A stretch of DNA of 64,000 nucleotides from Dermatophilaceae bacterium (GTDB taxonomy: Bacteria; Actinomycetota; Actinomycetes; Actinomycetales; Dermatophilaceae), in NCBI GenBank assembly GCA_014377705.1, contig JACMPC010000087.1, positions 4,932-68,931 on the forward strand, read 5' to 3'. Every line of letters starts with the position of its first letter. The stretch's first letter is position 1. The position numbers and the translations under genes were made by a program. This document shows positions 27,285-36,734 of this stretch, one piece after another. The notes under the pieces were generated by a model. The model did no database searches. It saw only the letters and a program-made list of their open reading frames with translations, and was not told the DNA's origin.

Positions 27285-28477
27285 CCTCGATCGTATTCAC
27301 GGGTATTGCCGAGCTCGTCACCAACGACAGCCTGTTGGAGGGCGCCGACCACTCGGAGAGCCTGGGCCTCCTGGCAGAGGCCGCCGTTGTCGTGGAAGAC
27401 GGGTTGATTGCCTGGGTCGGACCGGCCGCGCAGGCACCCCCTGCGGACGGGCAGCAGGACGTCGGCGGCCGGGCGGTCATACCCGGCTTCGTGGACTCGC
27501 ACTCGCACCTCGTGTTCGCCGGGGACCGCTCCCGGGAGTTCGCGGCCCGGATGACGGGCGTCCGGTATGACGGGGGCGGGATCTCCGCGACGGTCAGCGC
27601 GACGCGTTCGGCCGGCGATGACGAGCTGCGCGGCCTGCTCGCGGCACGTGTCGCAGAGATGCGCGCCCAGGGGACGTCGACCGTGGAGATCAAGAGCGGG
27701 TACGGGCTGAACGTCCAGGACGAGGTGCGTGCCCTCCGCATTGCAGCCGAGTTCACCTCTGAGACAACGTTTCTGGGCGCGCACGTGGTCCCGCCGGAGT
27801 TTGCCGACCGTCGCTCCGACTACGTCGACCTGGTCATCGGGGAGATGCTGGCGGCCTGCGCGCCGCATGCGCGCTGGATCGACGTGTTCTGTGAGCCGAA
27901 CAGCCCGCACGCGTTCACCGAGGACGAGGCCCGACTCGTCCTGTCCGCCGGTCGGGATGCCGGTCTCGGTCTTCGGCTGCACGGCAACCAGCTCGGACAC
28001 GGTCCGGGTGTGCGTCTCGCGGTGGAGCTGGGCGCCGCGAGCGTCGACCATTGCACCTTCCTGTCCGCCGAGGATGTTGCGCAGCTCGCCGCTGCCGCCG
28101 ACAGCACGGTTGCGACGCTGCTTCCCGGGGTGGAGTTCTCGACCCGTTCCCCCTACCCGGATGCCCGCCATCTCCTGGATGCGGGGGTGAGTGTCGCCCT
28201 GGCCACCGACTGCAACCCCGGAACCTGCTACTCGTCGTCGATCCCCTTCGTGCTCGCCCTCGCGGTGCGCGAGATGGGCATGACGCCGGCGGAGGCGTTG
28301 TTCGCCGCGACCGCCGGAAGCGCAAAAGCGTTGCGACGTGGCGATATCGGCGTGATCAGGGTCGGGAACCGGTCGGACCTGACGGTTGTTGAGGCTCCGT
28401 CATACATGCATCTTTTCTACCGCCCCGGCGTTCCCATTGCGCGTTCCCTGGACCCGGCTGGTCGTCATAGGCGTTGA
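27281..28477 (+). CDS. hutI: Imidazolonepropionase
   Basis: [42 protein letters not shown] overlap with hutF. Confidence 0.95.
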   Translation: MTSIVFTGIAELVTNDSLLEGADHSESLGLLAEAAVVVEDGLIAWVGPAAQAPPADGQQDVGGRAVIPGFVDSHSHLVFAGDRSREFAARMTGVRYDGGGISATVSATRSAGDDELRGLLAARVAEMRAQGTSTVEIKSGYGLNVQDEVRALRIAAEFTSETTFLGAHVVPPEFADRRSDYVDLVIGEMLAACAPHARWIDVFCEPNSPHAFTEDEARLVLSAGRDAGLGLRLHGNQLGHGPGVRLAVELGAASVDHCTFLSAEDVAQLAAAADSTVATLLPGVEFSTRSPYPDARHLLDAGVSVALATDCNPGTCYSSSIPFVLALAVREMGMTPAEALFAATAGSAKALRRGDIGVIRVGNRSDLTVVEAPSYMHLFYRPGVPIARSLDPAGRHRR

Positions 28478-28508
28478 GCGCACATCCGGGCGCCCAACGG
28501 CAGCCGGC

Positions 28509-29657
28509 TCAGATTCGGGCGTGCGGGTATTCCGGCGAGCGGCCGTGGAACGAGAGAATCTTCGGGTTCTGCACGACGCCGCCACGGATCTCGATGGCCT
28601 GCCGGATGGTCTCGTCCTGGTCCCATGCAGAAGGGCCGTCCATCACCGTCCGCAGATAGGGGATCAGGGCCTCGCTGATGCCCCAGGTCGCGCTGTTCCA
28701 CAGATAGGTGGGGCTGTGGTCCACGCCGTAGTAGGCGACGCCGTCACCCACCGTCAGCATCGGCTCCTGAAAGCTTGTCGGCTGGGCGAAGGCGAACCCC
28801 ATGCCGAGGTCGCAGGACACGTCGACGATCAGGGCGCCGGGATGGAACAGTGCCAGCTCCCCATCCAAGACGAACATCAGCGGCGAGTCGGTGTCCTGGA
28901 GCACACAGTTGACCACGATGTCGTGTCGCGCGAGGAACTCGGCCGTGGGCACCTTGCCCGAGTATGTCTGGACGGTGGTGCGGCTGGGGTCGGCCTCGGT
29001 GCGGTCCAGGTGGTCGAGCACGACGGACGGAACCGGTGAGGCAACAGCGGTGACATCGCGCATGGTGAGAACCGTGACGTCGTGCACGCCGAGTGACTGC
29101 AGGGCCGTGATCGCACCTCGGGCCGTGTTCCCGAAGCCGATGACGACTGCGGTGAGCGGCCGGCCGTAGTGACCGGTCGTACCGCGCAGGGTCAGGGCGT
29201 GCAGCACGGAGGAATAGCCTGCCAGCTCATTGTTCAGATGGAACACGTGAACGGCGAACCCCCCGAACGGCGACCAGTGGTTCATCGCCTCCCACGCGAT
29301 GAGGGTCAGTCTCTTGTCGATACAGATCTGGGTGAGCTCCGGGTCCTGGACGGCGTGCGGCCAGCCCCACAGCACCTGTCCCTCGTGCAGGCTGTCCATG
29401 TCGGCCAGGGTGGGTTTGGGCAGCAGCACGACGTCGCTGGTCTCGATGATCTCCGCGCGGGCGCGAAGGCCGCAGACCTGGGTGGCAAGGTGCTCGTCGG
29501 AGACGCCATAGCGTTCGCCGTAGCCCTTCTCAAGGACGATGCGCGCCCGCAGATCGGCGTCGATCCGGTCGAGATGCTGCGGATGGATCGGCAGCCTGAA
29601 CTCGTTCTCCTTGCTCGAGGTAGAGAGCACTCCAAGGCTGAGCTGATTCATCTGCAT
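28509..29657 (-). CDS. Alanine dehydrogenase/PNT-family NAD-dependent oxidoreductase (N5-(carboxyethyl)ornithine synthase / saccharopine dehydrogenase-like)
   Basis: The N-terminus SSKENEFRLPIHPQHL and the Rossmann segment VVIGFGNTARGAITAL fit this family. The start is taken at the ATG giving MQMNQLSL; the track start is 29693. Confidence 0.6.
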   Translation of the reverse strand: MQMNQLSLGVLSTSSKENEFRLPIHPQHLDRIDADLRARIVLEKGYGERYGVSDEHLATQVCGLRARAEIIETSDVVLLPKPTLADMDSLHEGQVLWGWPHAVQDPELTQICIDKRLTLIAWEAMNHWSPFGGFAVHVFHLNNELAGYSSVLHALTLRGTTGHYGRPLTAVVIGFGNTARGAITALQSLGVHDVTVLTMRDVTAVASPVPSVVLDHLDRTEADPSRTTVQTYSGKVPTAEFLARHDIVVNCVLQDTDSPLMFVLDGELALFHPGALIVDVSCDLGMGFAFAQPTSFQEPMLTVGDGVAYYGVDHSPTYLWNSATWGISEALIPYLRTVMDGPSAWDQDETIRQAIEIRGGVVQNPKILSFHGRSPEYPHARI

Positions 29658-29847
29658 CCTGTCGGTTGGCGCTGCGACCACGCGGTGGGCCACGACTCCG
29701 TTGTGTGAGCATTCCTTTTGGGTAGATTAGTTCATCGCGCCGCCACGGTCTTGTCGCGCCACATACAGGAAAACCGCAGGCATTCACCGCCCCTGACCGG
29801 TGAATGCCTGCGGCCCAGCCCCTCCCCTCACACGGGGTCGGGTCGGG

Positions 29848-30420
29848 TTAGTGGGTGCTGGGCGGTCTCTGTCCGCCCAGCACCGCATCAGGTGACACAC
29901 GTCGCAGGTGTGTAAAGCCAAGCAGCGAGAGGATGAGCATCACGCCTGCACCGATAAGGGCGCCGATCGCCGCGAAGCCGGCGATCCGGCCCATGGTGTC
30001 GAAGGCGTAGGCATTGAGCAACAGGCCGCGCAGGGTCTCACCCCTGAATGCTGTGTCGACCTGTGCCTTCAGCTTGGCGTCATCGGGGTTGGCCCGGGCC
30101 TTGGTGCTGAGCTGGGCGTAGGTCAGGCCACCGCCGGACTCCTTGAGGTGCACCGCGATGAAGTGGTTGGCGTAGGCCTCGGCCTGCTGGCCGTTCACCA
30201 TCTGCTGTCCGGCGTACTGGTTGAGGTACGGTCCGATGGCCGGGCTGGCCGTGGCCTCGCCCTTTGGCGGGAAGAAGATCTGCTGCTGGGTGAGCTGGGT
30301 CCTCACCTGGTCGCCGACAAAGGAGTGAGCCCACCAGAGCAGAACGCCCGAGCTCAGCAGGACAATTGCGAGGATGAGCCCGCTGGCCGTCAGCAGGGCA
30401 TCGAAAGTCTTGCGTCTCAT
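29848..30420 (-). CDS. Conserved-looking membrane protein (N- and C-terminal TM helices, extracytoplasmic middle domain)
   Basis: 190 aa with TM1 LILAIVLLSSGVLLWW and TM2 AAIGALIGAGVMLILSLLGF. No catalytic motif recognised. Confidence 0.55.
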   Translation of the reverse strand: MRRKTFDALLTASGLILAIVLLSSGVLLWWAHSFVGDQVRTQLTQQQIFFPPKGEATASPAIGPYLNQYAGQQMVNGQQAEAYANHFIAVHLKESGGGLTYAQLSTKARANPDDAKLKAQVDTAFRGETLRGLLLNAYAFDTMGRIAGFAAIGALIGAGVMLILSLLGFTHLRRVSPDAVLGGQRPPSTH

Positions 30421-30584
30421 CTCTCAACCTCCGCGAGAACCCACCGGTCGCTACGACAGCGACCCCCGTGGTGGGCTCCAAGGCCTCAAGAGTGGACGTG
30501 GATATGGGTCATGAGCAAGGACCGATGTCCACTTTTCCACAATCGATACAGTTTCTTGACTCGGACAACGGTCGACCCAGGGAC

Positions 30585-32030
30585 CTACAGCTCGGCCAGC
30601 AGCACTGCCGGGTTCTCCACGCAGTCAGCCACGAATCGCAGGAACCCGCCGGCGGTTCCGCCATCGCACACCCGGTGGTCGAAGGTCAGCCCGAGCTGGG
30701 CGACCTTGCGCAGCGCCACCTGCCCCTCGTATGCCCACGGGCGGTCGATGATCCGGCCGACCCCCAGCATGGCGGCCTCGGGATAGTTGATGATCGGTGT
30801 CGCGCCATCGGTCCCGAACACGCCGTAGTTGTTGAGCGTGAAGGTCCCGCCGGTCATCTGGGCCGGGGTGAGCCCGCCGTCCCTGGCAAGCCCGGTCAGC
30901 TCCCGGAGGGCGGCGGCCAGCTCGGATGTGGTCATCGCGCCGGCGCCGTGCACGACGGGCACCACCAGCCCGCGAGGCGACTGGGCGGCGAAGCTCAGGT
31001 TGATGTCGCCAAGCTGCACGATCTCCCCGGCTTCGAGATCCACCCGTGCGTTGAGCTCAGGGAACTTGGTCAGCCCGGTGATGCTGATTCGCGCGAACAG
31101 GGCCAGCACCCCGATGCCGGCGGCTGAGTTGGTCGCCTTGATCTGCTCCTTGGCGGCCATCAGGCCGGTCGCGTCGACGTCGACCCAGACGCTTGCCTCG
31201 GGGATCTCGCGCCGGCTGATGGACATCTTCTCCGCGATGGCCCTTCGCACGCCACGCAACGGGATGCGTATGTCGCCAGTCCGGTCCGTGCGCACCGGAC
31301 CTCGCTGCGAGGTCACCTGGTCGAGTCCCGTTTCTGCCTGGACGGGCTGCACCCTGGCCCGGAGCGCGCCCTCGACGTCGGCCCGGCGGATGACGCCGGA
31401 GGGGCCTGTCGGGGTCAGTACAGAACAGCTGATCCCGTTGTCTCTGGCCAGCTTTCTCACGACGGGCGAGATGACCCTGACCGCTGCGGTCGGCGCCACC
31501 CCGGGTTGAGCCGTCGTGCCAGGGGTGACAGGGGTGACAGGGGTGCCAGGGGTGGCGGTGGAAGGGGTGGCAGGGGTGGCAGTGCCGGTGAAGCCGGCGA
31601 CCCTCCCGGTGGCGCCTGCTGCGGAGCTGCCTCCGGGGGCGACCCTGCGACGGCCGCTGCGCCTGGCCTCGGAGGTGCCGTAGCCGACAAGCACGTTGCC
31701 AGAGCCGGATTCTTCCTGTGGGCCCGCCGTGGGGCCGGCGTCGGCCGCAGGGTCGGCGCTGGTCTTCTGGTCAGCGCCGACAGTGAGCAGCGGCGTGCCG
31801 ACCTCGAGAATGGCACCGGGCTGACCGTGCAGCGTCAGGACGAGGCCGGCATACGGGCACGGCACGTCAACGGACGCCTTGGCAGTCTCGACGGTCACCA
31901 CGACCTGGTCGACCAGCACCTCATCGCCGGGCGCGACGTGCCACTCGATCACCTCGGCCTCGGTCAGGCCCTCACCCAGGTCCGGGAGCATGAACGTCTG
32001 ACCGGTGGCGGAGATGGTAGAGATGCTCAC
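30585..32030 (-). CDS. bkdC: Branched-chain 2-oxoacid dehydrogenase E2 (dihydrolipoamide acyltransferase)
   Basis: N-terminal lipoyl domain (LPDLGEGLTEAEV...VETAKASVDVP), a Pro/Thr/Ala linker, and a catalytic domain ending in LTFDHRVCDGG. Confidence 0.9.
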   Translation of the reverse strand: MSISTISATGQTFMLPDLGEGLTEAEVIEWHVAPGDEVLVDQVVVTVETAKASVDVPCPYAGLVLTLHGQPGAILEVGTPLLTVGADQKTSADPAADAGPTAGPQEESGSGNVLVGYGTSEARRSGRRRVAPGGSSAAGATGRVAGFTGTATPATPSTATPGTPVTPVTPGTTAQPGVAPTAAVRVISPVVRKLARDNGISCSVLTPTGPSGVIRRADVEGALRARVQPVQAETGLDQVTSQRGPVRTDRTGDIRIPLRGVRRAIAEKMSISRREIPEASVWVDVDATGLMAAKEQIKATNSAAGIGVLALFARISITGLTKFPELNARVDLEAGEIVQLGDINLSFAAQSPRGLVVPVVHGAGAMTTSELAAALRELTGLARDGGLTPAQMTGGTFTLNNYGVFGTDGATPIINYPEAAMLGVGRIIDRPWAYEGQVALRKVAQLGLTFDHRVCDGGTAGGFLRFVADCVENPAVLLAEL

Positions 32031-33157
32031 GCGGCACCGCCCTTGCTGTCACTGGCCGGACTGTCACAGGCGGGGCTGCTTTCCGGCAGATGCAGGGCAT
32101 CGGCCTGGTCGTCCCACTGCAGCCGGGCGATGGCGTCGAGGACACGCTCGACGCCGGGCAGGTGAAGGTGCTCGAGCTTGGGCGGGGGGTAGGGGATGTC
32201 CAGACCCGCCACCCGCAGGACCGGAGCGTGCAGGGAATGGAACGCCCGCTCCTGAACCCGGGCCGCGATCTCGGCGCCCACGCCGGCGAAGCCCTGAGCC
32301 TCGTGGACCACGACGCACCGGCCGGTCTTACGGACCGAGGCCACCACCGTCTGGTCGTCGAAGGGGACCAGGGTGCGCAGGTCGACGACCTCCACCGACC
32401 AGCCGGACCCCATCGCGGCCGATGCCGCCTGCATGGCCACGTCAACGCTCGGGCCGTACGCCACCAAGGTCACGTCGATGCCCTCGCGGCGCACGGCTGC
32501 TCGCCCGAACGAGCTTGCGATCTGCGCATCGGGTGACGCGTCCTCGGGCAGGGACCCCTTGGACCAGTAGAGCCGCTTGGGCTCCATGAAGATCACCGGG
32601 TCGGGGTCGTTGATCGCCTCGCGGAGCAGGGTGTAGGCATCTTCGACCGTGGCAGGGGTGACGACCTTCAGACCGGGCGTGTGGGCGTAGTAGGCCTCGC
32701 TGGAGTCGCAGTGATGCTCGACCCCGCCGATGCCGCCGGCGAAGGGGATGCGGATCACGATCGGCAGGTTCACCCGGCCCTGGGTCCGGTTGCGCATTTT
32801 GGCTACGTGCGAGGCGATCTGTTCGAAGGCAGGGAAGGCGAACGCGTCGAACTGCATCTCGATGACCGGACGGAACCCGGCCATCGCCATACCGACCGCG
32901 AAGCCGACGATGCCGGCTTCGGCCAGCGGGGTGTCGAAGCAGCGGTCCGGGCCGAAGTCGCGGGCGATGCCGTCGGTGACCCTGAAGACCCCTCCGAGGG
33001 TGCCGACGTCCTCGCCGAAGACCACGACATCGGTGTCGGCCGTCATGGCGTCGCGAAGAGCCCGGTTGATGGCACCGGACATGGTGACCTGCTGGGGTGC
33101 GGTTCCGGGTGCGGGTGCGGGTATGCCCCCATCGTGCGCAGCGGCGGTGACGGTCAT
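32027..33157 (-). CDS. bkdB: Branched-chain 2-oxoacid dehydrogenase E1 beta subunit
   Basis: Typical E1-beta sequence (VVFGEDVGTLGGVFRVT, FDTPLAEAGIVGFAVGMA, FMEPKRLY). Four-nt overlaps at both ends. Confidence 0.9.
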   Translation of the reverse strand: MTVTAAAHDGGIPAPAPGTAPQQVTMSGAINRALRDAMTADTDVVVFGEDVGTLGGVFRVTDGIARDFGPDRCFDTPLAEAGIVGFAVGMAMAGFRPVIEMQFDAFAFPAFEQIASHVAKMRNRTQGRVNLPIVIRIPFAGGIGGVEHHCDSSEAYYAHTPGLKVVTPATVEDAYTLLREAINDPDPVIFMEPKRLYWSKGSLPEDASPDAQIASSFGRAAVRREGIDVTLVAYGPSVDVAMQAASAAMGSGWSVEVVDLRTLVPFDDQTVVASVRKTGRCVVVHEAQGFAGVGAEIAARVQERAFHSLHAPVLRVAGLDIPYPPPKLEHLHLPGVERVLDAIARLQWDDQADALHLPESSPACDSPASDSKGGAA

Positions 33158-34308
33158 CGGCTGGCCTCCTCGGCCTCGAGCTCGGCCTGCACCATCGCGC
33201 GCTGTTCGAGAAGCTGCGGCGTCGGCGTTCCAAAGACGTTGTCAAATAGAGACATGGGGTCAACAACGAGGTCAACGCTCATCCGCGCCCGGAGGTCAGC
33301 AGCGAACGCCTCGGCCTTCTGTGCCGTCGCTGCGACGAAGGCATCGTCGATCAGGCCCTCCTGACGCAGCCATGCTTCGAGCCGGGTGATCGGGTCGCGG
33401 CGGATCCAGTCCTCGACCTCGGCCGAGCTGCGGTAGCGAGTGGCGTCGTCGGCGTTGGTGTGGGCGTCAAGGCGGTAGGTGTGGGCCTCGACGAGCACCG
33501 GTCCCTGGCCCGCCCGGGCGTGCGCGACCGCCTTGTTGAGCACCGCTAGCACAGCCATCGCATCGTTGCCGTCGACCTGCTCGGAGGCGATCCCGTACCC
33601 GATCCCCTTGTATCCCAGGGAGGGCGCGGCAGTCTGCCTGGTCAGCGGTGTGCTGATGGCGTAGGTGTTGTTCTGGACCAGGAACACGACAGGGGCATTG
33701 AAGACCGCCGCGAAGTTGAGCGCCTCGTGGAAGTCACCCTCACTGGTGCCACCGTCGCCGACGAAGGCCATCGCCACGGTCGGGCGTCCCTGGCGCTGCT
33801 CGCCCGAGGCGAAACCGACGGCGTGGATCAGCTGGGTTGCCAACGGAGTCGCCTGTGGCGCGGTTCGGTTTGCCCGGGGGTCGTAGCCGCAGTGTGCGGC
33901 GCCGTGCGGCGAGGTCAGCACCTCGACCGGGTCGAGGCCCCGGGCCACCAGGGCCATGGAGTCCCGATAGGTCGGGAAGGCCCAGTCGTCCTTCGACAGC
34001 GTCAGCATCGAGCCGACCTGGCAGGCCTCCTGCCCGCGCGCGGCCGGGTACACCGCCAGGCGCCCCTGCTTGGCCAGCGCCGTTGCCTGAACGTCGAACC
34101 GGCGGCCGACGACCATGGCGCTGTAGGCGGCGACCAGCTGCTCGGCGGCTGGTTCCGGGTAGTCATCGTTGAACACCTGCACCCGATGACCTTGATCGTC
34201 GAGGAACTGCACCGGCATCGGCGCGGGCACCAGGCCCCGGGCGAAGGGCCGATCGGCGGGGGGTGAAGGCACGGTCTGCGGAAGGGGCGTGCTCGTATCC
34301 GTGGTCAA
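33154..34308 (-). CDS. bkdA: Branched-chain 2-oxoacid dehydrogenase E1 alpha subunit (TPP-binding)
   Basis: TPP motif FVGDGGTSEGDFHEALNFAAVFNAPVVFLVQNN. The start is proposed at TTG 34308 with GGAGG 8 nt upstream. ATG 34218 and GTG 34386 are alternatives. The 674-aa track ORF would run through the divergent Lrp gene. Confidence 0.85.
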   Translation of the reverse strand: MTTDTSTPLPQTVPSPPADRPFARGLVPAPMPVQFLDDQGHRVQVFNDDYPEPAAEQLVAAYSAMVVGRRFDVQATALAKQGRLAVYPAARGQEACQVGSMLTLSKDDWAFPTYRDSMALVARGLDPVEVLTSPHGAAHCGYDPRANRTAPQATPLATQLIHAVGFASGEQRQGRPTVAMAFVGDGGTSEGDFHEALNFAAVFNAPVVFLVQNNTYAISTPLTRQTAAPSLGYKGIGYGIASEQVDGNDAMAVLAVLNKAVAHARAGQGPVLVEAHTYRLDAHTNADDATRYRSSAEVEDWIRRDPITRLEAWLRQEGLIDDAFVAATAQKAEAFAADLRARMSVDLVVDPMSLFDNVFGTPTPQLLEQRAMVQAELEAEEASR

Positions 34309-34488
34309 GGCGTCGGCCTCCAGGGTGTGCGCGCCACCGGCCGGGGCCTGCGCCGGGGCCCGCGCGAAGACGCCAGCGCGGTGCACGCCGGTGCCGGATG
34401 AGCGGTCTGACACTTTATAGTCCGCCTGACGAGACTCCTGTCCCAAACCATGGGTAAGATCAGAGACAACTGGCTCGATGGAGAGGTC

Positions 34489-34998
34489 ATGACAGACCAA
34501 GTGTCCGAACGGCCGAGCCCGAAACCCTCCGGGGCGGGACGCTCGGTCAGGCCCCTGGACGGCCCCGACCGGCTGATCCTGCGCGAGCTCATCAGGGACG
34601 CCCGCACCTCGATCCGGTCGCTGGCCGACCGGGTGCACATCTCGCGAGCCAATGCGTACGCGCGGGTCGAGCGGCTGGTCGCCGATGGGGTGATCACCGG
34701 GTTCTCCGCACAGATCGCCCACGAGCGTGCGGGACTGAGGACCTCGGCATATGTCTCGCTGTCGATCGAGCAGAACTCCTGGCGTGAGGTGTCCGCGCGT
34801 CTGGGCCGGCTGCCCTACGTCGAGCACGTCTCGATGCTGGGGGCCGACTTCGATGTCCTGGTCCTGGTGCGGGCGCCCGACAACGCCGCCCTGCGCGATC
34901 TGGTCCTCGACCGGATCCAGAGCATCCCAGGGGTCCAGACGACTCGCACCTGGCTTGTCTTCGACGAATTGCCGGGGCCAGGCGCCGCCTGGTCCTAG
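34489..34998 (+). CDS. Lrp/AsnC-family transcriptional regulator, divergent from the bkd operon (BkdR-like position)
   Basis: HTH LDGPDRLILRELIRDARTSIRSLADRVHISRANAYARVERL followed by an RHH/ACT-like effector domain (YVSLSIEQNSW...VLVLVRAPD). Confidence 0.85.
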   Translation: MTDQVSERPSPKPSGAGRSVRPLDGPDRLILRELIRDARTSIRSLADRVHISRANAYARVERLVADGVITGFSAQIAHERAGLRTSAYVSLSIEQNSWREVSARLGRLPYVEHVSMLGADFDVLVLVRAPDNAALRDLVLDRIQSIPGVQTTRTWLVFDELPGPGAAWS

Positions 34999-35008
34999 CC
35001 TGAGGGTT

Positions 35009-35425
35009 ATGAGCGAAGACAGACCATGGGACGACAGCGTCGACACCCATCCGGACTCGCGGCTGGTCACGATCGCCCACGCGTGTTTCGACCTTGCGCG
35101 GGCAGGTGACACCGGGAGACTGCGGGCGTATGTCGAGCACGGAGTCCCCGCGAACCTCACGGATGCGACGGGCAACACCCTGTTGATGCTGGCTGCCTAC
35201 AACGGGCACGCAGACACGGTTGCTTCGCTCGTCGCCCTGGGCGCCGATCCCGACCGCACCAATGACCGCGCCCAGAGTCCGCTGGCAGGTGCGATCTTCA
35301 AGGGAGAGGACGAGGTGGTGGCGGCGTTGCTGCTCGCCGAGGCGGACCCTGATGTCGGTACGCCGAGTGCCCGCGCGACTGCCCAGATGTTCGACCGGGA
35401 CGAGCTTTTCCTGGCCGCTCCCTAG
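35009..35425 (+). CDS. Ankyrin-repeat protein
   Basis: ANK consensus stretches GNTLLMLAAYNGHADTVASLVALGADPD and SPLAGAIFKGEDEVVAALL. ATG 35009 follows GAGGG. Confidence 0.75.
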   Translation: MSEDRPWDDSVDTHPDSRLVTIAHACFDLARAGDTGRLRAYVEHGVPANLTDATGNTLLMLAAYNGHADTVASLVALGADPDRTNDRAQSPLAGAIFKGEDEVVAALLLAEADPDVGTPSARATAQMFDRDELFLAAP

Positions 35426-35502
35426 CAGCGGATGCTGCACGAACCCAAGGTTTGCGGGCGGAGACGAGCTGAGGTGCGGGCTGGGTCTGGTCGGCAGCGG
35501 CC

Positions 35503-35781
35503 TTACTCGCCCTTCTGCAGGGCCTTGGGCGGGTGGCCGGCTGACTTTGCGTAGTAGGCCGCAGCCTTGCGGGTGGCCAGTAGCCGGGTCACCTCGATGA
35601 CAGCGCCAGAGACCACGGCCCAACCCACTGCTTCTTGCCATGACACATCAGGGTCCTGCGGGTTCTCCGGAGGTTCCTTGCCAGTCGCCGCGGTCCAACC
35701 GCTGGTCAAGAGCTTTCTGGCAACGACGGCAGCCCCGACCGCAGCACCCGTCCCGAGGACTTTCCAGACCAATGCTCCCAC
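35503..35781 (-). CDS. Small membrane protein, DUF4235-like
   Basis: 92 aa with two hydrophobic helices and the pattern KLLTSGWTAATGKEPPENP...SWQEAVGWAVVSGA, typical of this actinobacterial family. Confidence 0.6.
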   Translation of the reverse strand: MGALVWKVLGTGAAVGAAVVARKLLTSGWTAATGKEPPENPQDPDVSWQEAVGWAVVSGAVIEVTRLLATRKAAAYYAKSAGHPPKALQKGE

Positions 35782-35849
35782 GACTACCTCCAGCTCGGAT
35801 TCGGCTCAGTACCTCGAGCCTGCCACGTCAACGGGTGTACCGTCATCTG

Positions 35850-35945
35850 TGTAGCAACAGGGGAGCGCCCCACAGCGCTGAGAGTGCGGTTCGCCGCAGA
35901 CCCTCGAACCTGCTCCGGTTAGCACCGGCGAAGGGAGTTGAGAAT
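35850..35945 (+). promoter_or_regulatory. TPP (THI-box) riboswitch
   Basis: CAGGGGAGCGCCCCACAGCGCTGAGAGTGCGGTTCGCCGCAGACCCTCGAACCTGCTCCGGTTAGCACCGGCGAAGGGAG carries the conserved CUGAGA, ACCC..GAACCUG and CCGG..A.CACCGGCG.AGGGA elements. It lies about 115 nt upstream of the ECF S-component start. Confidence 0.85.
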
Positions 35946-36058
35946 CTCAGGCTTGCGCTCGCCATACTTTCTAGCGTTCCGGCGCCTGCGGGTATGACGG
36001 GTGCCGGCCTCCCCGAGGCATCCAGCCATTCGGATTCCACGGGAGAAGGACAAGGCAT

Positions 36059-36734
36059 CATGACTGAACCAGGCAGTACCAGATTTACCCCGCAGACCCC
36101 CGGCACCTCGCGGCCGGCACCAGCGAACATGCCTGCAACCCGGCCGCTGATGCGCTGGCGCGGCGTCGACCTGATCACCGCAGCCATGCTCGCGGTGGCG
36201 TTCGGGGTCGTGTTCTGGGGCTTCGACACCTTCATCTACCCGATTCTGAGCACGGCCACCGCAGGGTTCCCCCCACTGGGGGAGCTGATGCTGGGGGTGT
36301 GGCTGCTGCCCGCGGTCGTCGGTGGGCTGGTCATCCGCAGACCGGGCGCGGCCCTGTTCACCGAGCTCGTGGCTGCCAACGTCGAGATGTTCCTGGGCAA
36401 CAAGTGGGGTGCCGCCGTCCTGCTGTCCGCGGTGCTCCAGGGCCTGGGCGTCGAGCTCGCGCTGGCACTGTTCAGGCACCGTCGCTTCGGCGTCCTGGTC
36501 GCGGTGCTCGCTGGCGTCCTCGCGGCGGTCTTCGAGATCGTCTTCTACGAATGGCACTCCTACGTCGCTGCGTACTCCAGTGCCTGGAAAGCCATCTACC
36601 TGGTCTGTGGCATGGTCTCCGGCGCTGTCATCGCCGGGGTCGGCGGCTGGTTTCTGGTGCGAGCCCTGGCCAGGACGGGCGCGCTGAACGCCTTCCCACC
36701 GGGTCAGGAAGTCCGTGAGTCCAACTCAGTCTGA
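36059..36734 (+). CDS. ECF transporter substrate-specific (S) component, YkoE-like (thiamine/HMP precursor)
   Basis: 225-aa protein with five or six TM helices, directly downstream of the TPP riboswitch and upstream of the ECF ATPase gene. ATG 36059 follows GGGAGAAGGA. Confidence 0.65.

Noticed and set aside
34309-35178. The long form (674 aa) of the E1-alpha ORF
   Set aside because: The upstream 290 codons are antisense to the well-supported Lrp/AsnC and ankyrin genes and have shadow-ORF composition. E1-alpha homology starts near codon 300.
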